Source of the DNA: an uncultured Chloroflexia bacterium
GTDB lineage: Bacteria; Chloroflexota; Limnocylindria; Limnocylindrales; CSP1-4
Length of the DNA stretch: 64,000 nt
NCBI GenBank assembly: GCA_963752475.1
Contig: CAVVYR010000001.1
Span: 1-64,000 of the forward strand
Direction of reading: 5' to 3'
The position numbers were made by a program, and so were the translations under genes. Within the stretch, counting starts at the first letter, position 1, and every line of letters starts with the position of its first letter. The notes below the pieces were generated by a model. That model was not told where the DNA came from, ran no database searches, and saw nothing but the letters and a program-made list of their open reading frames with translations. Shown here one piece after another: positions 46,289 to 59,300 of the stretch.

Positions 46289-46828
46289 ATGACGACAGAA
46301 CGCCGAGGCCGAGGGCTTCGCCGACGGGACATCGTGCGCGACCGCAAAGGCACGTCCGAGGGCGCGAGCCGGCCACCTCACGACCGGCATGGCGATCCGT
46401 CGAAGCCGAAGCGCGGACGACCGGGGTCCACTCCGAGACACGACTCGCTAGGAATGGCATCCCGACCCCATCAGCTACATGTAGTACTTCACGTCCGACC
46501 GGAGTCGCCAAGGTTGGGCATTGCGCAAGCGCTCCAGACCGTTACTTCGTCATCCGCGGCGAGGTCGAATTGGTGCTCTACGACGTGCGGCCGGATTCGC
46601 CCACGCTCGGCCAGATCTGCAAGCTCGCCCTCACGGAACGAGACCACCTCATCGTCAATGTCCCCATCCATGTGTGGCATGCGACACGCAACATCGGAGA
46701 TGGGGAGGCCCTCATCGTCAATCTGCCCACGCGGCTGTACGACCACGCAGGATCCAGACAAGTACCGACTGCCGCTCGACACGCCCCTCATCCCCTATTC
46801 CTTCGGCGACACTCGCGGCTGGCGATGA
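46289..46828 (+). CDS. dTDP-4-dehydrorhamnose 3,5-epimerase-like cupin (multiple indels)
   Basis: LVLYDVRPDSPTLG, IVNVPIHVWHA, NLPTRLYDH, DKYRLP. Confidence 0.7.
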   Translation: MTTERRGRGLRRRDIVRDRKGTSEGASRPPHDRHGDPSKPKRGRPGSTPRHDSLGMASRPHQLHVVLHVRPESPRLGIAQALQTVTSSSAARSNWCSTTCGRIRPRSARSASSPSRNETTSSSMSPSMCGMRHATSEMGRPSSSICPRGCTTTQDPDKYRLPLDTPLIPYSFGDTRGWR

Positions 46829-46861
46829 CTTGATACGTCGCGTGAGCGAGGTGGGCTCCTG

Positions 46862-47985
46862 ATGGCTCGGCGCTTCAGCGTGCTGTTGCCACGCACGACC
46901 GCGCCGATGTCGTGGGCTACGCCATCAGGTCGGTCCTCGCTCAGACGGAGCAAGACTTCGAGTTCCTGGTCGTCGGGGATGGCTGCAGCGATGACACCGC
47001 ATCCGTCATCGATTCGTTCGCGGACGAGCGCATCAGCTGGTTCGACCTGCCCAAGGCTCCGAACTTCGGCTACGCCAACCGCAACGTCGCGCTGCGCGAG
47101 GCGACTGGCGAGATGATCGCGTTCATGGCCCACGACGATCTCCTCCTGCACGACCATCTGGAGCTCATGGGTGAGGCCCTCGAGCAGCCCGAGGTGGAGT
47201 GGGCGTACAGCCGGCCGCTATGGATGGACGATGCGGGCGTGGCGATCCCGTTCGTCGTCGACCTTCGTCGACCCGAAGCGCTCCGTGTCTTCATGGAGGA
47301 CCACAACTCGATCCCAGCGTCGTGCGTGGTGTTCCGTCGCGATTGCCTCGACCGATATGGCTACTGGCCCGAAGAGGCACCTCGCTCGGGTGACTGGGAA
47401 CTGTGGCGTCGCATCATCGGGCCCTCGGGTGGAGCCAACCTCGCGTATTGCCCGGCCGTCACCTGCATCGACTTCCGGGCGAACTGGCGGAAGGGTGCCG
47501 TGTGGGGGCCGTCGCCGCTCGGGGAGTGGCTAGCCGAGTCCGCGACCTCCTGGTGGCCAGAAGCCCTGCGACTGAGACTCAAGCCGGACACCTTGCCTCA
47601 GGCAGAGGTGTGGCATCGACTCGAAGCCGACCCTAGCGGCTGGGGTGATCGGATGCGCGAGGGCGTGATCGATGTCGTCGATGGCGCCGCCTGGGCTTCG
47701 CCCGAGCTACGCGCGAGCTGGCAGCGCGCAGCCGAACGCGCGGAAGCGTCCAGGGCCGCGTCGACGAGCTGCACGATCGCGTCGACGTACTGCAGGGTCC
47801 CTTGGACGCTAGCGCCCATGAACTAGAGCGGTGGACCGACGAGTCGAATCTCCTGTGCCGCGAGCAATAGCCGCCGTGCAGGCGACGAACGAGCACTCCT
47901 TGGCTCGACCTCATGGCACGTCACGGCCCCACTTCGCTTGCTCGGTGCGAAGGTGCGACAGTCGCGCACGTGCTCGGGCCGGATG
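46862..47985 (+). CDS. Glycosyltransferase family 2 with C-terminal coiled coil (indels; end approximate)
   Basis: AIRSVLAQT, VGDGCSD, AHDD; LGSTSWHVTAPLR near the end. Confidence 0.78.
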
Positions 47986-48053
47986 ACCCTGCGGCCTCGT
48001 GGTGGGGTCGGTAGTGTCAGCGGACCAGCGGTGAGCACGATCGAGGAGCATCC

Positions 48054-49074
48054 ATGGAACTGACCCGAAGCGAGCGCGTGCGGCGGGCCCTGACCTATCA
48101 GGAGGTCGACCGTCTGCCCACGCAGTTCAACTTCACCGGCTCCATGGGCGAAGCGATGGCCCAGCACTTCGGGGTCGACGTGGCCGACCTGCCCGGGCGC
48201 CTCGACAACCACCTCGTGCGCCTCGACCTGACCTACGAGTCCCGCCTCAGCGAGGACGGCCGCGCCAGGTTCGACTGGTGGGGTGCCGGCCACGACACCG
48301 AGGAAGAGGGCTACTACATCCGGGTCGAACCCGCTCCTCGAGGATCCCGACCTCGACAAGCACGACTGGCCGGACCCGCACGATCCGCATCTCCTCGACG
48401 ACGCCGAGGCCGTGCGCGAGCGGGTCGGCGACAGCGCCTTCGTGGTGCCCAACATCGGCTGGGCCCTCTTCGAGCGCGCCTGGTCGCTGCGCGGCATGGA
48501 GAACATGCTCCTCGAGATCGCCCTCGACCCCGACTACATCGGCGAGCTGCTCGACCGCATCGTGGACATCCGCCTCGTGGTCATCGAGCGCTACCTCGAG
48601 CTCGGCGTCGACGGCGGCTACTTCGGCGACGACTACGGCGCCCAGGTCTCGACGCTCTTCTCTCCGGCCGACTGGCGGAAGCTCATCAAGCCGCGGCTGG
48701 CGCGCCTCTTCGCGCCGTTCCTCGACCGCGGCCTGCCGGTGATGATGCACTCCGACGGCGACATCGCCCCCATCGTCCCCGACCTCGTGGAGATCGGCCT
48801 GACCGCGCTCAACCCGGTCCAGCCCGAGGTCGTGGACCACGAGTGGCTGCACGAGGAGTTCGACGGGAAGCTGGCCTTCTACGGCGGCGTCTCGACCCAG
48901 ACGGTGCTGCCCTACGGCTCGCCCGAGGAGGTCAAGGAGGCGGCCCGCAAGTGCGTGGCCGACCTGGCGCCCAACGGCACGGGCCTGATGCTGGCGCCCT
49001 CGCATCGGATGATGAGCGACATCTCGATGGAGAACATCGAGGCCCTCAAGGAGGCCATGGAGGAGCTGGCCTGA
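48054..49074 (+). CDS. Uroporphyrinogen decarboxylase/MtaA-family protein (one frameshift)
   Basis: LFERAWSLRGMEN, GDDYG, HSDGD, NPVQPE, GGVSTQ, APSH. Confidence 0.85.
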
Positions 49075-49077
49075 GCC

Positions 49078-50258
49078 ATGGATCGGAGCCGGCGCGGTCG
49101 AGGCCCTCACGCTCGAGTTCGCGAAGCTCTACGGCGCGCCACCGACCGACTGGTTCCGGGCGCCCGGCCGGGTGGACCTGATGGGCAGCCACACCGACTA
49201 CAACGACGGCTTCGTGGCCACCATGACCGTCGACCGCGACACCTGGCTGGCCATCCGGCCGCGGACCGACCGGCGGGTGCGCATCGCCACGCTGAACCTG
49301 CCGGGCTCGGCCGACTTCGCGCTCGAGGCCATCGAGCACGATGCCGAGGTGCCCTGGACCGACTACGTCCGCGGCGCGGCCCAGGTGCTGAAGCGACGAC
49401 GGGATCGACGTCGAGGGCTTCGACGGACTGCTGCACAGCACCGTGCCCTTCGGCAGCGGGCTGTCGTCGTCGGCGGCCATCGAGTCGGTGGTGCTGCTGG
49501 CCTTCGCTTCGGTCAGCGGGGTGCGAGATCGAGCCGCTGCGAGCTGGCGCTGCTGGGCCAGCGGGTGGAGAACGAGTTCGTGGGCGTGGCCTGCGGCATC
49601 CTCGACCAGTACACCTCGGTGCTGGGGACGGCGGGGCATGCGCTGCTGCTCGACTGCCGGGAGCTGACGAGCCGAGGCGGTGAGATCGCGCCGGACGCTG
49701 GCGGTGGTCATCTGCGACACGCGCGCGCCGCGGCAGCTGACCGGCTCCGAGTACGACGAGCGGCGGGCACAGTGCGAGGCCGGCGCCGCCCACTTCGCCG
49801 GCTGCGACCCGGACGTCAGGGCCCTGCGCGACGTGCCGCTGGAGCTGTTCGAGGCCCACGAGGCGGAGCTGGACCCGGTCGTGGCGCGGCGCTGCCGCTT
49901 CATCATCGAGGAGAACGAGCGAGTGCTGCGACCTGGCCGAGGCCGCTGCCCAGCGGCGACCGCGAGGTGCTCGGCCGCTCTTCGACGCCTCCTTGGCGGG
50001 CGCCACCGGCTCTTCGAGATCGGCGCGCCCTCGATGGAGGCGATGCACGACGCCATGACCGGCGCCCCGGGCTCATCGCCCGGCGCCAGGCCGGTGCCGG
50101 GCTTCGGCGGCTGCCTCGTGGCGATCGTGGACCGCTGGATCGGTAGAGGACTTCGCGGCGCACGTCGAGCCGCGAGTACTACGGCGCCACGGGCATCGAG
50201 CCCAGCGTCTTCGGCGTCGAGGCCTCGGCCGGGCGCGTGCCGCCTCGAGGTCGGCTGA
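49078..50258 (+). CDS. galK: Galactokinase (multiple indels)
   Basis: APGRVDLMGSHTDYNDG, PFGSGLSSSAA, CGILDQY, GFGGC. Confidence 0.85.
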
Positions 50259-50458
50259 GCCGCCCGAACCGGGCCGGCAGCAAGTCTCCCGAGCGGAAGC
50301 TACCGGTCAGATCGTAGCGCGGAGGGCGCCTGCCGGACCGAAGCCTGACCGTTCGCGGCTCGATGCCCCGGGTACCATGGGAGCAGCGAACCGCCCACGA
50401 GGGTGAGGTCCAGGACCAAGAGCATCGAACGAGCCTTGGCTATCGAAGACTCCGAGAC

Positions 50459-51882
50459 ATGAGCGCGCACGCTCGTTCTCGACGTCGACAACGCGACGAC
50501 GCCGACGGGACGACCATCGAGTCGAGCTCACGACTGGAAGCACCCGACGCCGCACCAGAGGTCAGCCGAGCGACGTTCAAACACGAAGCAAAGCGTCGAC
50601 ACCACAGGTACTCGATGGGTACGTCTTCGCCGTGCTTCATCTACGCCTTTGCACGCGCAGACCGGGTCGTGGTCAACGGCCCGGTGTCGGCAAAGGCCTG
50701 CGGAACGCGCAAATCCTAGGGGAAGCTGGAACGCCTGGCTTCCGGATCTATATCGCCCATCGAGACCACCCCAGAGGCGGTCGTGTCCGAGTCCGACCTG
50801 CGTGCGGCAGAGACCCTCAGCCAGAGGACACGAGCGATCGCGGCCTTCTCGGGCGGGGTGGATTTGACGTTCCTGGCCCTGCGACACTCGACCGGGACGC
50901 TGGGGAGTGCATCGTTCCCTCTCGACGACGTCGTGCTCGTTCACGGGTTCGATGTCGATGAGGGCAACTCCACGGGCTTCGGTGAACTGCTCGCGCGAAC
51001 GCGACCGCTGACCGACTCCCTCGTAACCTGCTGTACATGTGGTTCGGACGAACGCCAAGGATGCGCGGAGCAGCAGCAGGGGAGCACTAACACGGAGCGC
51101 CGCTGGCCTCCATCCTGCATCAGTTCGCCGACAGTTTCGAGTACGGCCTCATAGGGAGCACCGGGACGTTCCGCACCGTACACGACTGGGGTTCACGGGC
51201 AGTACGGACCACCTCTTCTCGGGCGGCCACTTCGAAGTCGTCCATGCGCGTGCCGGAACACAAGAACCGCCAAGATCGAGTCGACGCGCCACCTCTCGCG
51301 AAGCGAGACATTGAAGGTGTGCTTCGACGGCACCGACCAGGCCGGAACTGTGGTGCCTGCCGACAAGTGCATCCTAACGCGGCTGGGATTCCTGGCCGTC
51401 GGCCACCCCCCCCGGAGTGCTTCGATACGCCCTTCGACCAGGATAGAATCGTCCCTGTCGACCATACGGATCCCGAGCTTGACGACCATCCTCGCTATCG
51501 CGAGACGCCGAGGGGTCGAGGAGCAGTGGGTCCGGATGCTCAGCGAGCGCGTCGCGGAGCTGACCGAGCAGCCGGCGCCGAACGCGACCTCGCCGAACGT
51601 ACCGCACTCGCCGACCGGGACGCCGCAGTGGCGGCACGTGACGCGGCGACAGTGGCCGAGACGAGGCGAGCTCGCCCGTGACAGGGCATTGGTCGCTCGA
51701 CGGTCGAGCGCTCGCGCTCGTGACAAGGCCGTCGCCGCTCGGAGCCGAGCCGTGGCGGCTCAGCGCTCACGACTCGGAGCCGCCCGGGAGCCGTCGAGAG
51801 CAGCCGGACCTGGCGGTGGAGCGCCTGGTATCGTCGGCTCGGCGCCAGCCTCCGTTCTGGACTCGTGGGACGGTCGGAGTAG
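50459..51882 (+). CDS. PP-loop-like (SGGxD) protein with CxxCxKC and coiled-coil tail, paralog 1 (many indels)
   Basis: AIAAFSGGVD, VHGFD, NCGA.DKCILTRL, SSRTWRW pieces across frames. Confidence 0.6.
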
Positions 51883-51950
51883 CGGACGCCCACCAGGCGA
51901 ATTGCGGACCTGGAGCGTCGGCGCGCCTTGGCTGTGGGAGACTCCGGAGA

Positions 51951-53329
51951 ATGACGCGCACGCTCGTCCTCGACGTCGACGAACGCGACGACGGCGACGG
52001 TACGCGGTTCGAGTTGAACGCACGACTGGAGTGACCGGCGCCCCTCCGGAGGTCAGCCGCGCGACCTTCAGACATGAGACCAGAGCCGCGTCACCCGGGT
52101 GCTCGATGGCTACATCTTGGCGGTCTTGATCTATGCCCGCGCATGTGCGGACCGCGTCGTCGTCAACGGCCCGGTGTCGGCCAAGGCGTTGCGGAACGCA
52201 CGGATCCTTGGGGAAGCGTGGAACCCACGGTTCCCCGACCGCTATCGACCGGTCGAGCTCGTTCCCGAGCCGTCGTGTCCGACCACGTGAACCGAAGCGA
52301 GAGCACGACCACCGGGATGCACGCGCCATCGCGGCTTTCTCGGGCGGGGTGGACTCGGCCTTCCTGGCGTTGCGCCATACGTCCGGGGTGCTTGGTAGCG
52401 CATCGTACCAGCTGACAGACGTCGTACTCGTCCATGGCTTCGATATCAGACTGCAAACCACGCCGCATTCGATGAACTCGTAGCGCGAACGGCGCCCCTG
52501 CCGACGAACTAGGCCTCCGCCTGCATGTCGTCCGGACCGACGTCCGCGAGCGATCGAGCAGCACTGGGTGCACGCGCATGGAGCCATGCTGGCATCGGTC
52601 CTGCATCAGTCCTCCGACCGGTTCGAGCACGGGCTCATCGCGAGCACGGCTGCTGACCCGGCCTGGCGATCCGCTTGGGGCACGACCTATGCTGGGGACC
52701 ACCTGTTCTCGGGCGGCGACTTCGAAATCGTCCACGACGGCGCAGCCTACTCGCGGACCAGAAGGTGGCGGCGATCGCAACCCACCCACGGCAAGGCGAG
52801 CCGTCAAGGTCTGCTGGGGGGGCGCGACCAGGGTCGAAACTGCGGTGTCTGCGAGAAGTGCGTACGCACCCGGCTTGATTTCATGGCCGCGGACCATGCG
52901 GCGCCCGAGTGCTTCGATACGCCGTTCGATCCAGGCAGCATCGCCCCTCTGGCAGTCGGCACGGAGGGCAAGCTGGCTCATGTCCGTGCCACCCTGGAGT
53001 TCGCGAAGAACCGTGGTATCGATGAGGAGTGGGTCCGGCTGCTCGACGAACACGTGGCCAAGCTTTCCGATGAGCTACGGGCAGAGCGGCTATTGGCCAA
53101 GGAACGCGGTGCCGCGATCGCCGAACGTGATACGGCGTACGCCGAACGTGATGCCGCGATCGCCGAACGTGATGCTGCCGAGATGGCGCGTGATGAAGCG
53201 GTGTCGAGTCTTGACTCCGTCTTGAGCAGCCGGATCTGGCGCTGGGGCAGTCTGTACCGCAGGCTCGGTGACCGGCTTAGGGCGGTCCTACCCGATGGCT
53301 CATCACCCGGACGCGGCCAGGATACCTAG
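51951..53329 (+). CDS. PP-loop-like protein, paralog 2 (indels)
   Basis: AFSGGVDS, VHGFDI, NCGVCEKCVRT, AERD repeats, SSRIWRW. Confidence 0.65.
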
Positions 53330-53399
53330 CGCCGGGAGTCCCCTCAACTCTCCTTGGCGAGGCGGCCAGACACCGAGGGACGTCACCGGTCGGCTGCGT

Positions 53400-54302
53400 G
53401 GTGAGGCGCCCCTGGAGGTGGTGGCTCGCTAGACTCGCTGGCAATGCCGGGCTATCACTCGCGACTGCAGATGATGGCGACCTCATCTGCTCGTTCATCC
53501 TGCAGGTCAAGCCAGTGCGGCTGCTCACTGGCATGCCAGCAATACCGGCGACCGCTTGATCTGGCGCGGAGGCGAACGCCTGCTGTCGAGCCACGGTGTC
53601 GAACCCACGCCGCTTCCCTTCCCGGAAGCCAGGGTGCTCGAAGACAAGTGGCGCGGGGGGACCTTGGTGATACCGGGCAATGCGGCCTACACGGCAAGCT
53701 GGCACGAATGGATGCCGGAACTCACGAGCCGTGTCGCGCCGACGGTCGAACGCGTTGTCATCCTGCCGTCCTCCTACGACCCCTCGGTGCCAGGCGTGGC
53801 CGAGGCCCTCTCGCGACCGAACGTCTTCGCGTTCACCCGGGAGGCCGCGTCATCCACCGGATCAAAGCTCGGACGAAGGCGTGTCTGGCCATGGATCCGG
53901 CCCTCTATGCACTCGACCCGGTGGCGCCGCCCGCGGACACGGCTGGGGGCGGGACGAGCGATTCCGTGCTCGTGGCCCTGAGAACGGATCGAGATAGCAC
54001 GCTGAGGGAGCACGGCGTCAGCCCTCTCGACGGAGTGAACGACGACATCAGCGCCACCGTCGAAGACCTCGACGAGTTCCTCGATCGTATCCGAGACGTC
54101 GACACGGTCGTGAGCGACCAATTGACGTGGTCGTCGCGGCGGTGATGCTGGGCAAGCAGGTGCGCTATATCGACCCGGTCGATCGCAAGATCAGCACCTA
54201 CGTCGAGTGGTCATTCCAGGATGAGTTCCGAGACCGGTTGCGGCGAGTGCGACGCGGACTGGCTCATCGAGCACGGCTACGTCGAGACCCTGCAAGTCAT
54301 GA
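53400..54302 (+). CDS. Polysaccharide pyruvyl transferase-like protein (indels; start approximate)
   Basis: N.GD.LIW.G, ILPSSYD, FTRE, D.ALY, LRTD.DS, VVSD, MLGKQV. Confidence 0.55.
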
Positions 54303-55673
54303 GCGAGGCGCGCATCCTCGGCTACGTCATGGCTCGTGACGAGTGGCCCTTGCTGGCGGTGGCCGGTCGTCCACGAGCTCTGGAGCGCCACGTCGATCAT
54401 GTGCTGGTCGTCGATCACGCCAGTCGCGGACGGCACCCGGGATGGCCTGACGGAACTCCAGCGGGATCTGGCCTGGACGGCTCTCCGTCTTATCGCCTCG
54501 ACGGCGAGGATTTCCACCAGGAAGCCACCACCACGGTGATGACGCGCGTCGGAGGGGTCGCGGCCTACAGTTGGGTCTACGTGTTCGACGCTGACGAGTT
54601 CCTGCTTCACCGAGACCGGGCACAGGGTTGCGCACGGTCCTGGGGGACGTCCCGGACAACATCGACCTCATCAGGTACGAGGTCCACAACTGGATCGCGC
54701 CCGACGACTTCGACGAGAACGATCTCGGGTCGCTATGGAGGAGATCCTGTTATCGATCTCGACCCTCCGTCTTCATGCCGATCCCCGGGCTGCTCGCCGC
54801 AGATATGGTCGAACACGGGAATGCGAACTTCTTCGACCTGCCCTTCCGCTCGAAGGGCATCGTCCTGGCCGAGATGGGCGGACCGGATCGCAGGCAGGGG
54901 CTCACTCGCTCAGAGCAGCACGCTCACGAGCGGGAGTTCACCCTACCTCCGACGCGGACTGCGGGCAGGCCACGTGCCGTTGGTTGAGCCGAGGCCCGGC
55001 TGGCCAGGAAGTGTGCTGCACGGCCAACGGCTCAAGGACTCAGGCTTCCCGCCCCATCACGGCTGGCAGAGCCGGATGATCCGACGACTGGAAGTCGGCT
55101 GGGCGGCTCGACGAGTTCTGGGCAGCTCCACTCCATCCCGTCGGAGCCGGTCAGCAGCCCCTTCGCAATGGCCGGAGATCGCAGCCGGACGGATTCCTGG
55201 GCCGAGGCGTTGATGGCGTCGGCGGCAGTCTTGGATGGACGGGCTCTCGAGGGAACCCAGCACGACGTCAGCGGAGCAGAAGACGCAGGTACCTCACCCT
55301 CGAGCAGGGCCGTGGACGCTGTGCGTGCAGCCCAGACCGTGCACCCACGACGCCGAGACCGAACGAAGTGAAGCTGTTGCTCGAGCGCAACGCTGCCGAG
55401 GGTCGAACGAAGTGAAGCTGTTGCTCGGCGCAACGCTGCCGAGGTCGAACGCGATCGGTTGGACTCGATGACCGCATCGAGGAAGCAGGAGGGCTATCGC
55501 CGCGCCAGCGGGATCGGGCCAGAGCCGCACGCGACCGCGCGGTGGCCGACCGGGACGCGATCCTGGCCAGCAGGAGGTGGCGGAGCGACCGCGTGGTACC
55601 GGAGCGCTGATGGATCGGCTGCGGCGGTGACGAACGGGAGGCCGGAGGGCGGCTCAAGGACACGCGCTGCTAG
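54299..55673 (+). CDS. Glycosyltransferase family 2-like with repetitive coiled-coil tail (indels)
   Basis: MARDE, VVDHAS.DGT, FDADEF. Confidence 0.65.
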
Positions 55674-55904
55674 AGTCCGAGACCATGCCTGCCGATAAGC
55701 CCCGGTCGAGACGCGCACACGCCGTCACTCGGTTGACCGCGAGCCTCTCGAGGCTCATCAGCGCGTCTCGAACGGCGGGCCGTCGACTGTGGCCCGCGCC
55801 GATCGCGCTCGCCCATACAGATGCTTGCCGAGCAGCGGCACAGCAAAGCCATTCCTCGCCCGGATTAGGTAGAGCTGCAGTTCGCGAACCTGGGCCCGGA
55901 GAGG

Positions 55905-57250
55905 GTGATCGACTTCGTGCACCGAGACGAGCACGTGCGGATGTGGCTGCCGTATGCGCAGCAAGACTGGGTCCAGAGCCACATCCTCCGCGACCGCGAC
56001 TTCTTCGAGCACAGGTCGCTGACGGGCATCCGTCCACGCCTCACCGGCCGCGACATCTTCGTCGACGCTGGCGCGAACATCGGGAACCACAGCCTCTACT
56101 TCGCCCTCATCTGTGGAGCGCAGCGGGTGATCGCCTTCGAACCGCAGAAGGTGATGCTCGACATCCTGCACAAGAACATCGCCCTCAACGGGCTGGAGGA
56201 GAGGATCGAGGTGAGACCGGTGGCGCTGGGGCGTGCTCGAGGGTTCGCGGACTTCGACGAGTACCGAACGAACAACTTCGGCGCGACGTCACTCTCGATG
56301 GGGCTCGTTCGCGGCCCGGTCGAGGTCGTCCCGCTCGACGATCTCGCTCTACAGCACGTTGACGTGCTCAAGATCGATGTCGAGGGCGCCGCGTTGGAAG
56401 TGCTCGACGGCGCCAGAGAGACGATCACCGCGGCCCGACCCATCATCATCCTGGAGGCACTCAGCGGTCGCGAGGATGTGGCCGGCCCCATGGCCTACCT
56501 TGCCGACCTCCGGTACACGGTCGAAACGCTCCACGCCGACAACTACCTCTGCCTGCCGTCATCCGAAGCTTGTCCACCTCATCTGGATCGACTAGCGGGG
56601 GGAGACGCCCCACCCCCACCCGATATCGCCGCGCGCCTCGAGCGCTGGAAGACACTGCACCCTTGCACGAGGTCAGGGTCTGGACCACCAGCGACCTCCG
56701 CTCGCAGATCCGGACACCCCCGGGCGTCGACCTCGTCGAAGCAGTCGACCGGACGCGGCTGCCGGCGATGCAGTCGGACCTGCTGCGGCTTGCGATCCTC
56801 TTGGAATACGGCGGCTTCTACTCCGACCTCAAGAACGACCCGGCGATGTCGTTCCTCGGATTCCTGTCCTATGAGACTCGGGCCGTCGTCAGTGTCCACC
56901 CTCCGACCATCCGAGGCTACGAGATGCGCGTGTGCAACGCATTCCTGGGCGGCCCGGCGGGACATGGCTTCTGGCTCGATTGGCTCAAGCTCGCATGCGC
57001 CAACGTGCTCGCGCGCGCTGAGTCGAGCGTCTCAGATGTGACGGGTGGCTTGGTGCTGGAGCGCGTACTCGCCCAGCGCCGAGCCTCTGGCATCGACGAC
57101 GTGCTCGTTCTTCCGTCAGCGCAGGTGTGGGGCACACCAGAAGTCGAGAGCGGATGGATGCGGCGACGACCGGCGAGCTACAACGCCGAGGACATGTCGC
57201 AGCACTGGTCGGTGCTGCAGGGAGAGCGTGGCCTCTACGTCGACGATTGA
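55905..57250 (+). CDS. FkbM methyltransferase probably fused to GT32/capsule-synthesis-like domain (frameshift near 56665)
   Basis: VDAGANIGNHS, AFEP, KIDVEG; then SDLLRLAILLEYGGFYSD, NAFLG, VTGG. Confidence 0.72.
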
Positions 57251-57335
57251 CCTGACACGTCGGCTATCCTCCGTGCCTGAGGGACTTCCGCGTATTGCAT
57301 CGGCCTCGGCCGAGCTGACCATGAGGAGAGGCTGA

Positions 57336-59278
57336 GTGGCGCTGTTCGGCTGCCTGACGGGATCGCTGCTGGCGATCGCTCCGCGCGTCGTGCTCATCGG
57401 TGCCTGGCTGGTCGCCGACCGCTGGCAGCAGGTCTGGGACGGGACGGTCCTAATCCCCCTCGTGGGCATCGTCTTCCTGCCCTACACCACCGTGATGTAC
57501 CTGTTCGTGTGGACGCCCCAGGCATCGCCGGCTACGCCTGGGTGTGGCTGGCACTGGGGCTCTTGCTCGATGTGGCCCACATGGGCTTCGTGGCCACGGA
57601 CGCTGGAGAGGGCCGCCGCGGCACGTCAGAGGCTTTGGACTGGCTGCGCCGCTCCACGCGTCGGACGATCGACGTCGTCCGCGGAACGCCGCTCCTGGTC
57701 TGGCTGATCTTCCTGCTGGCGCTGGTAGTGCGGCTCGTGGGCACGCCCTACGCCCTGCCTCAGCAGCTGGACCCGGACGACCGATCTTCGTCGACGGCGC
57801 GCTCCGCATGATGAGCAACGGCGACCTGGACCCGGACTGGTACGGCGCTCCGGCAAGCACGCTGATGACCGGCATGGCCGCGCTCTACGCCGCCTATGGC
57901 TTCGCCGGCATCCTGCTCGGGAACCTCGGCTCCATGGCCGACATCGTCCCCGCCTACCAGGCCGACGGTACCTACTTCCTGCTGTCCGGACGGATCTACA
58001 CGGCCATCGCCGCCACGGCCGTGGTCGTGGCCACCTACGCGGTCACGCGCGAACTGCGGGTGTCGCACTTCTGGTCGGGACTGGCCGCGCTGGTGATCGC
58101 GCTGTCGCCGCTGATGATCGGCTACTCCTGGCTGGTGCGCATGGACATGTTCCAGGTCCTCTTCATGCTGCTGGCACTGTTGATGGTGCTGCGCGCACTG
58201 CGGAAGCCGACCCTGACCGCGTTCGTGCTGGCCGGTGTCTTCGTCGGCCTGGGCGTTGCCAGCAAGTACCCGGCCGTCGTGGTCGCCATCCCGATCCTGG
58301 CTGCGGCCATCGTGCTCGCGGGTCAGGGTCGGCTTTCGATCCGGGCCTCGATCGGCTATCTCGTGAGCGCTGGTGTAGCGAGCCTCATCGCTGCCGCTGT
58401 CGTCGCGCCGTACCTGTTCATCGACTTCGAGGAAGTGTTGGCGCACGTCGAACGGGAGAACCGCAGTACGCACCTCGGACATACCGGCCAGGGCTTCTTC
58501 ACGGATCTGTGGGACTACCTGAACGTGGCGCTGCCGCAGGCGCTCAAGGGACCCGGCACCCTGCTCGGGATCATCGGCCTGGGCTCGATGCTCGCCTCGC
58601 GCCGTGGCTGGCTGTTGCCGCTGGCCTTCGCCATCTACCTGCTGTTCATCTCCTACCTCTCGCTGTGGTGGGTACGGTGGGCCTTGCCGCTGGTCCCGCT
58701 CGCGGCGATCGGCGCAGTCTTCCTCGCTCACCGACTGGAGCTCCGCCTCCGGCCGCGCCTGCCGGCGTTCGTGACGTACGGTGCGCGCATCGCCGTAGCC
58801 GCGCTACTGCTCGTCCCGGTCGCCATCCCCACAGCGGAGATGGTCTGGTCCCGCGCCACGACCGACGACGTCCGCGTCGAGGCCGCCAAGTGGATGGACG
58901 CGAACATCCCGGCCGGTAGCACGCTGGTCATCGAGTCGTATGTGCCACAGGTGCTCGCGGAGGAGTACGAGTGCTCTTCGCGCTCAATGGTGAGGTCATC
59001 CGCTGGCAGGAGTTCAGCGATCAGGTCCGGCCGGCCAGGTTCTTCGGCTCACTGGGCGATGGCTCGCGCGACATGACGCCCGAGGAGCTCATGGCCGAGT
59101 TCGAGGCACGGGACGTCGACTACGTGCTGCTGAGTTCGAGTTGATCGGTCGCTATGGCGCCGAGCGTGAGGACTACCCTGACGAGTGGGCCGTGTACGAG
59201 ACGCTGCTCGAGGAGTACCCCACGGTCAAGACCTTCCGCGACGGTGAGATCGTGGTCCTCGACGCCAAGCAGGAGTAG
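57336..59278 (+). CDS. ArnT/PMT-like GT-C (family 39) glycosyltransferase (indels)
   Basis: DPDE-like motif, many TMs, ASKYPA, RWALPLVP, AAKWMDANIP. Confidence 0.75.
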
Positions 59279-59300
59279 GAGCTCGCCAAGCGGGACCTGG

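Noticed and set aside
55360-55450. ~43-bp tandem duplication as a mini-CRISPR
   Set aside because: No spacers; lies in a coiled-coil-encoding gene tail.
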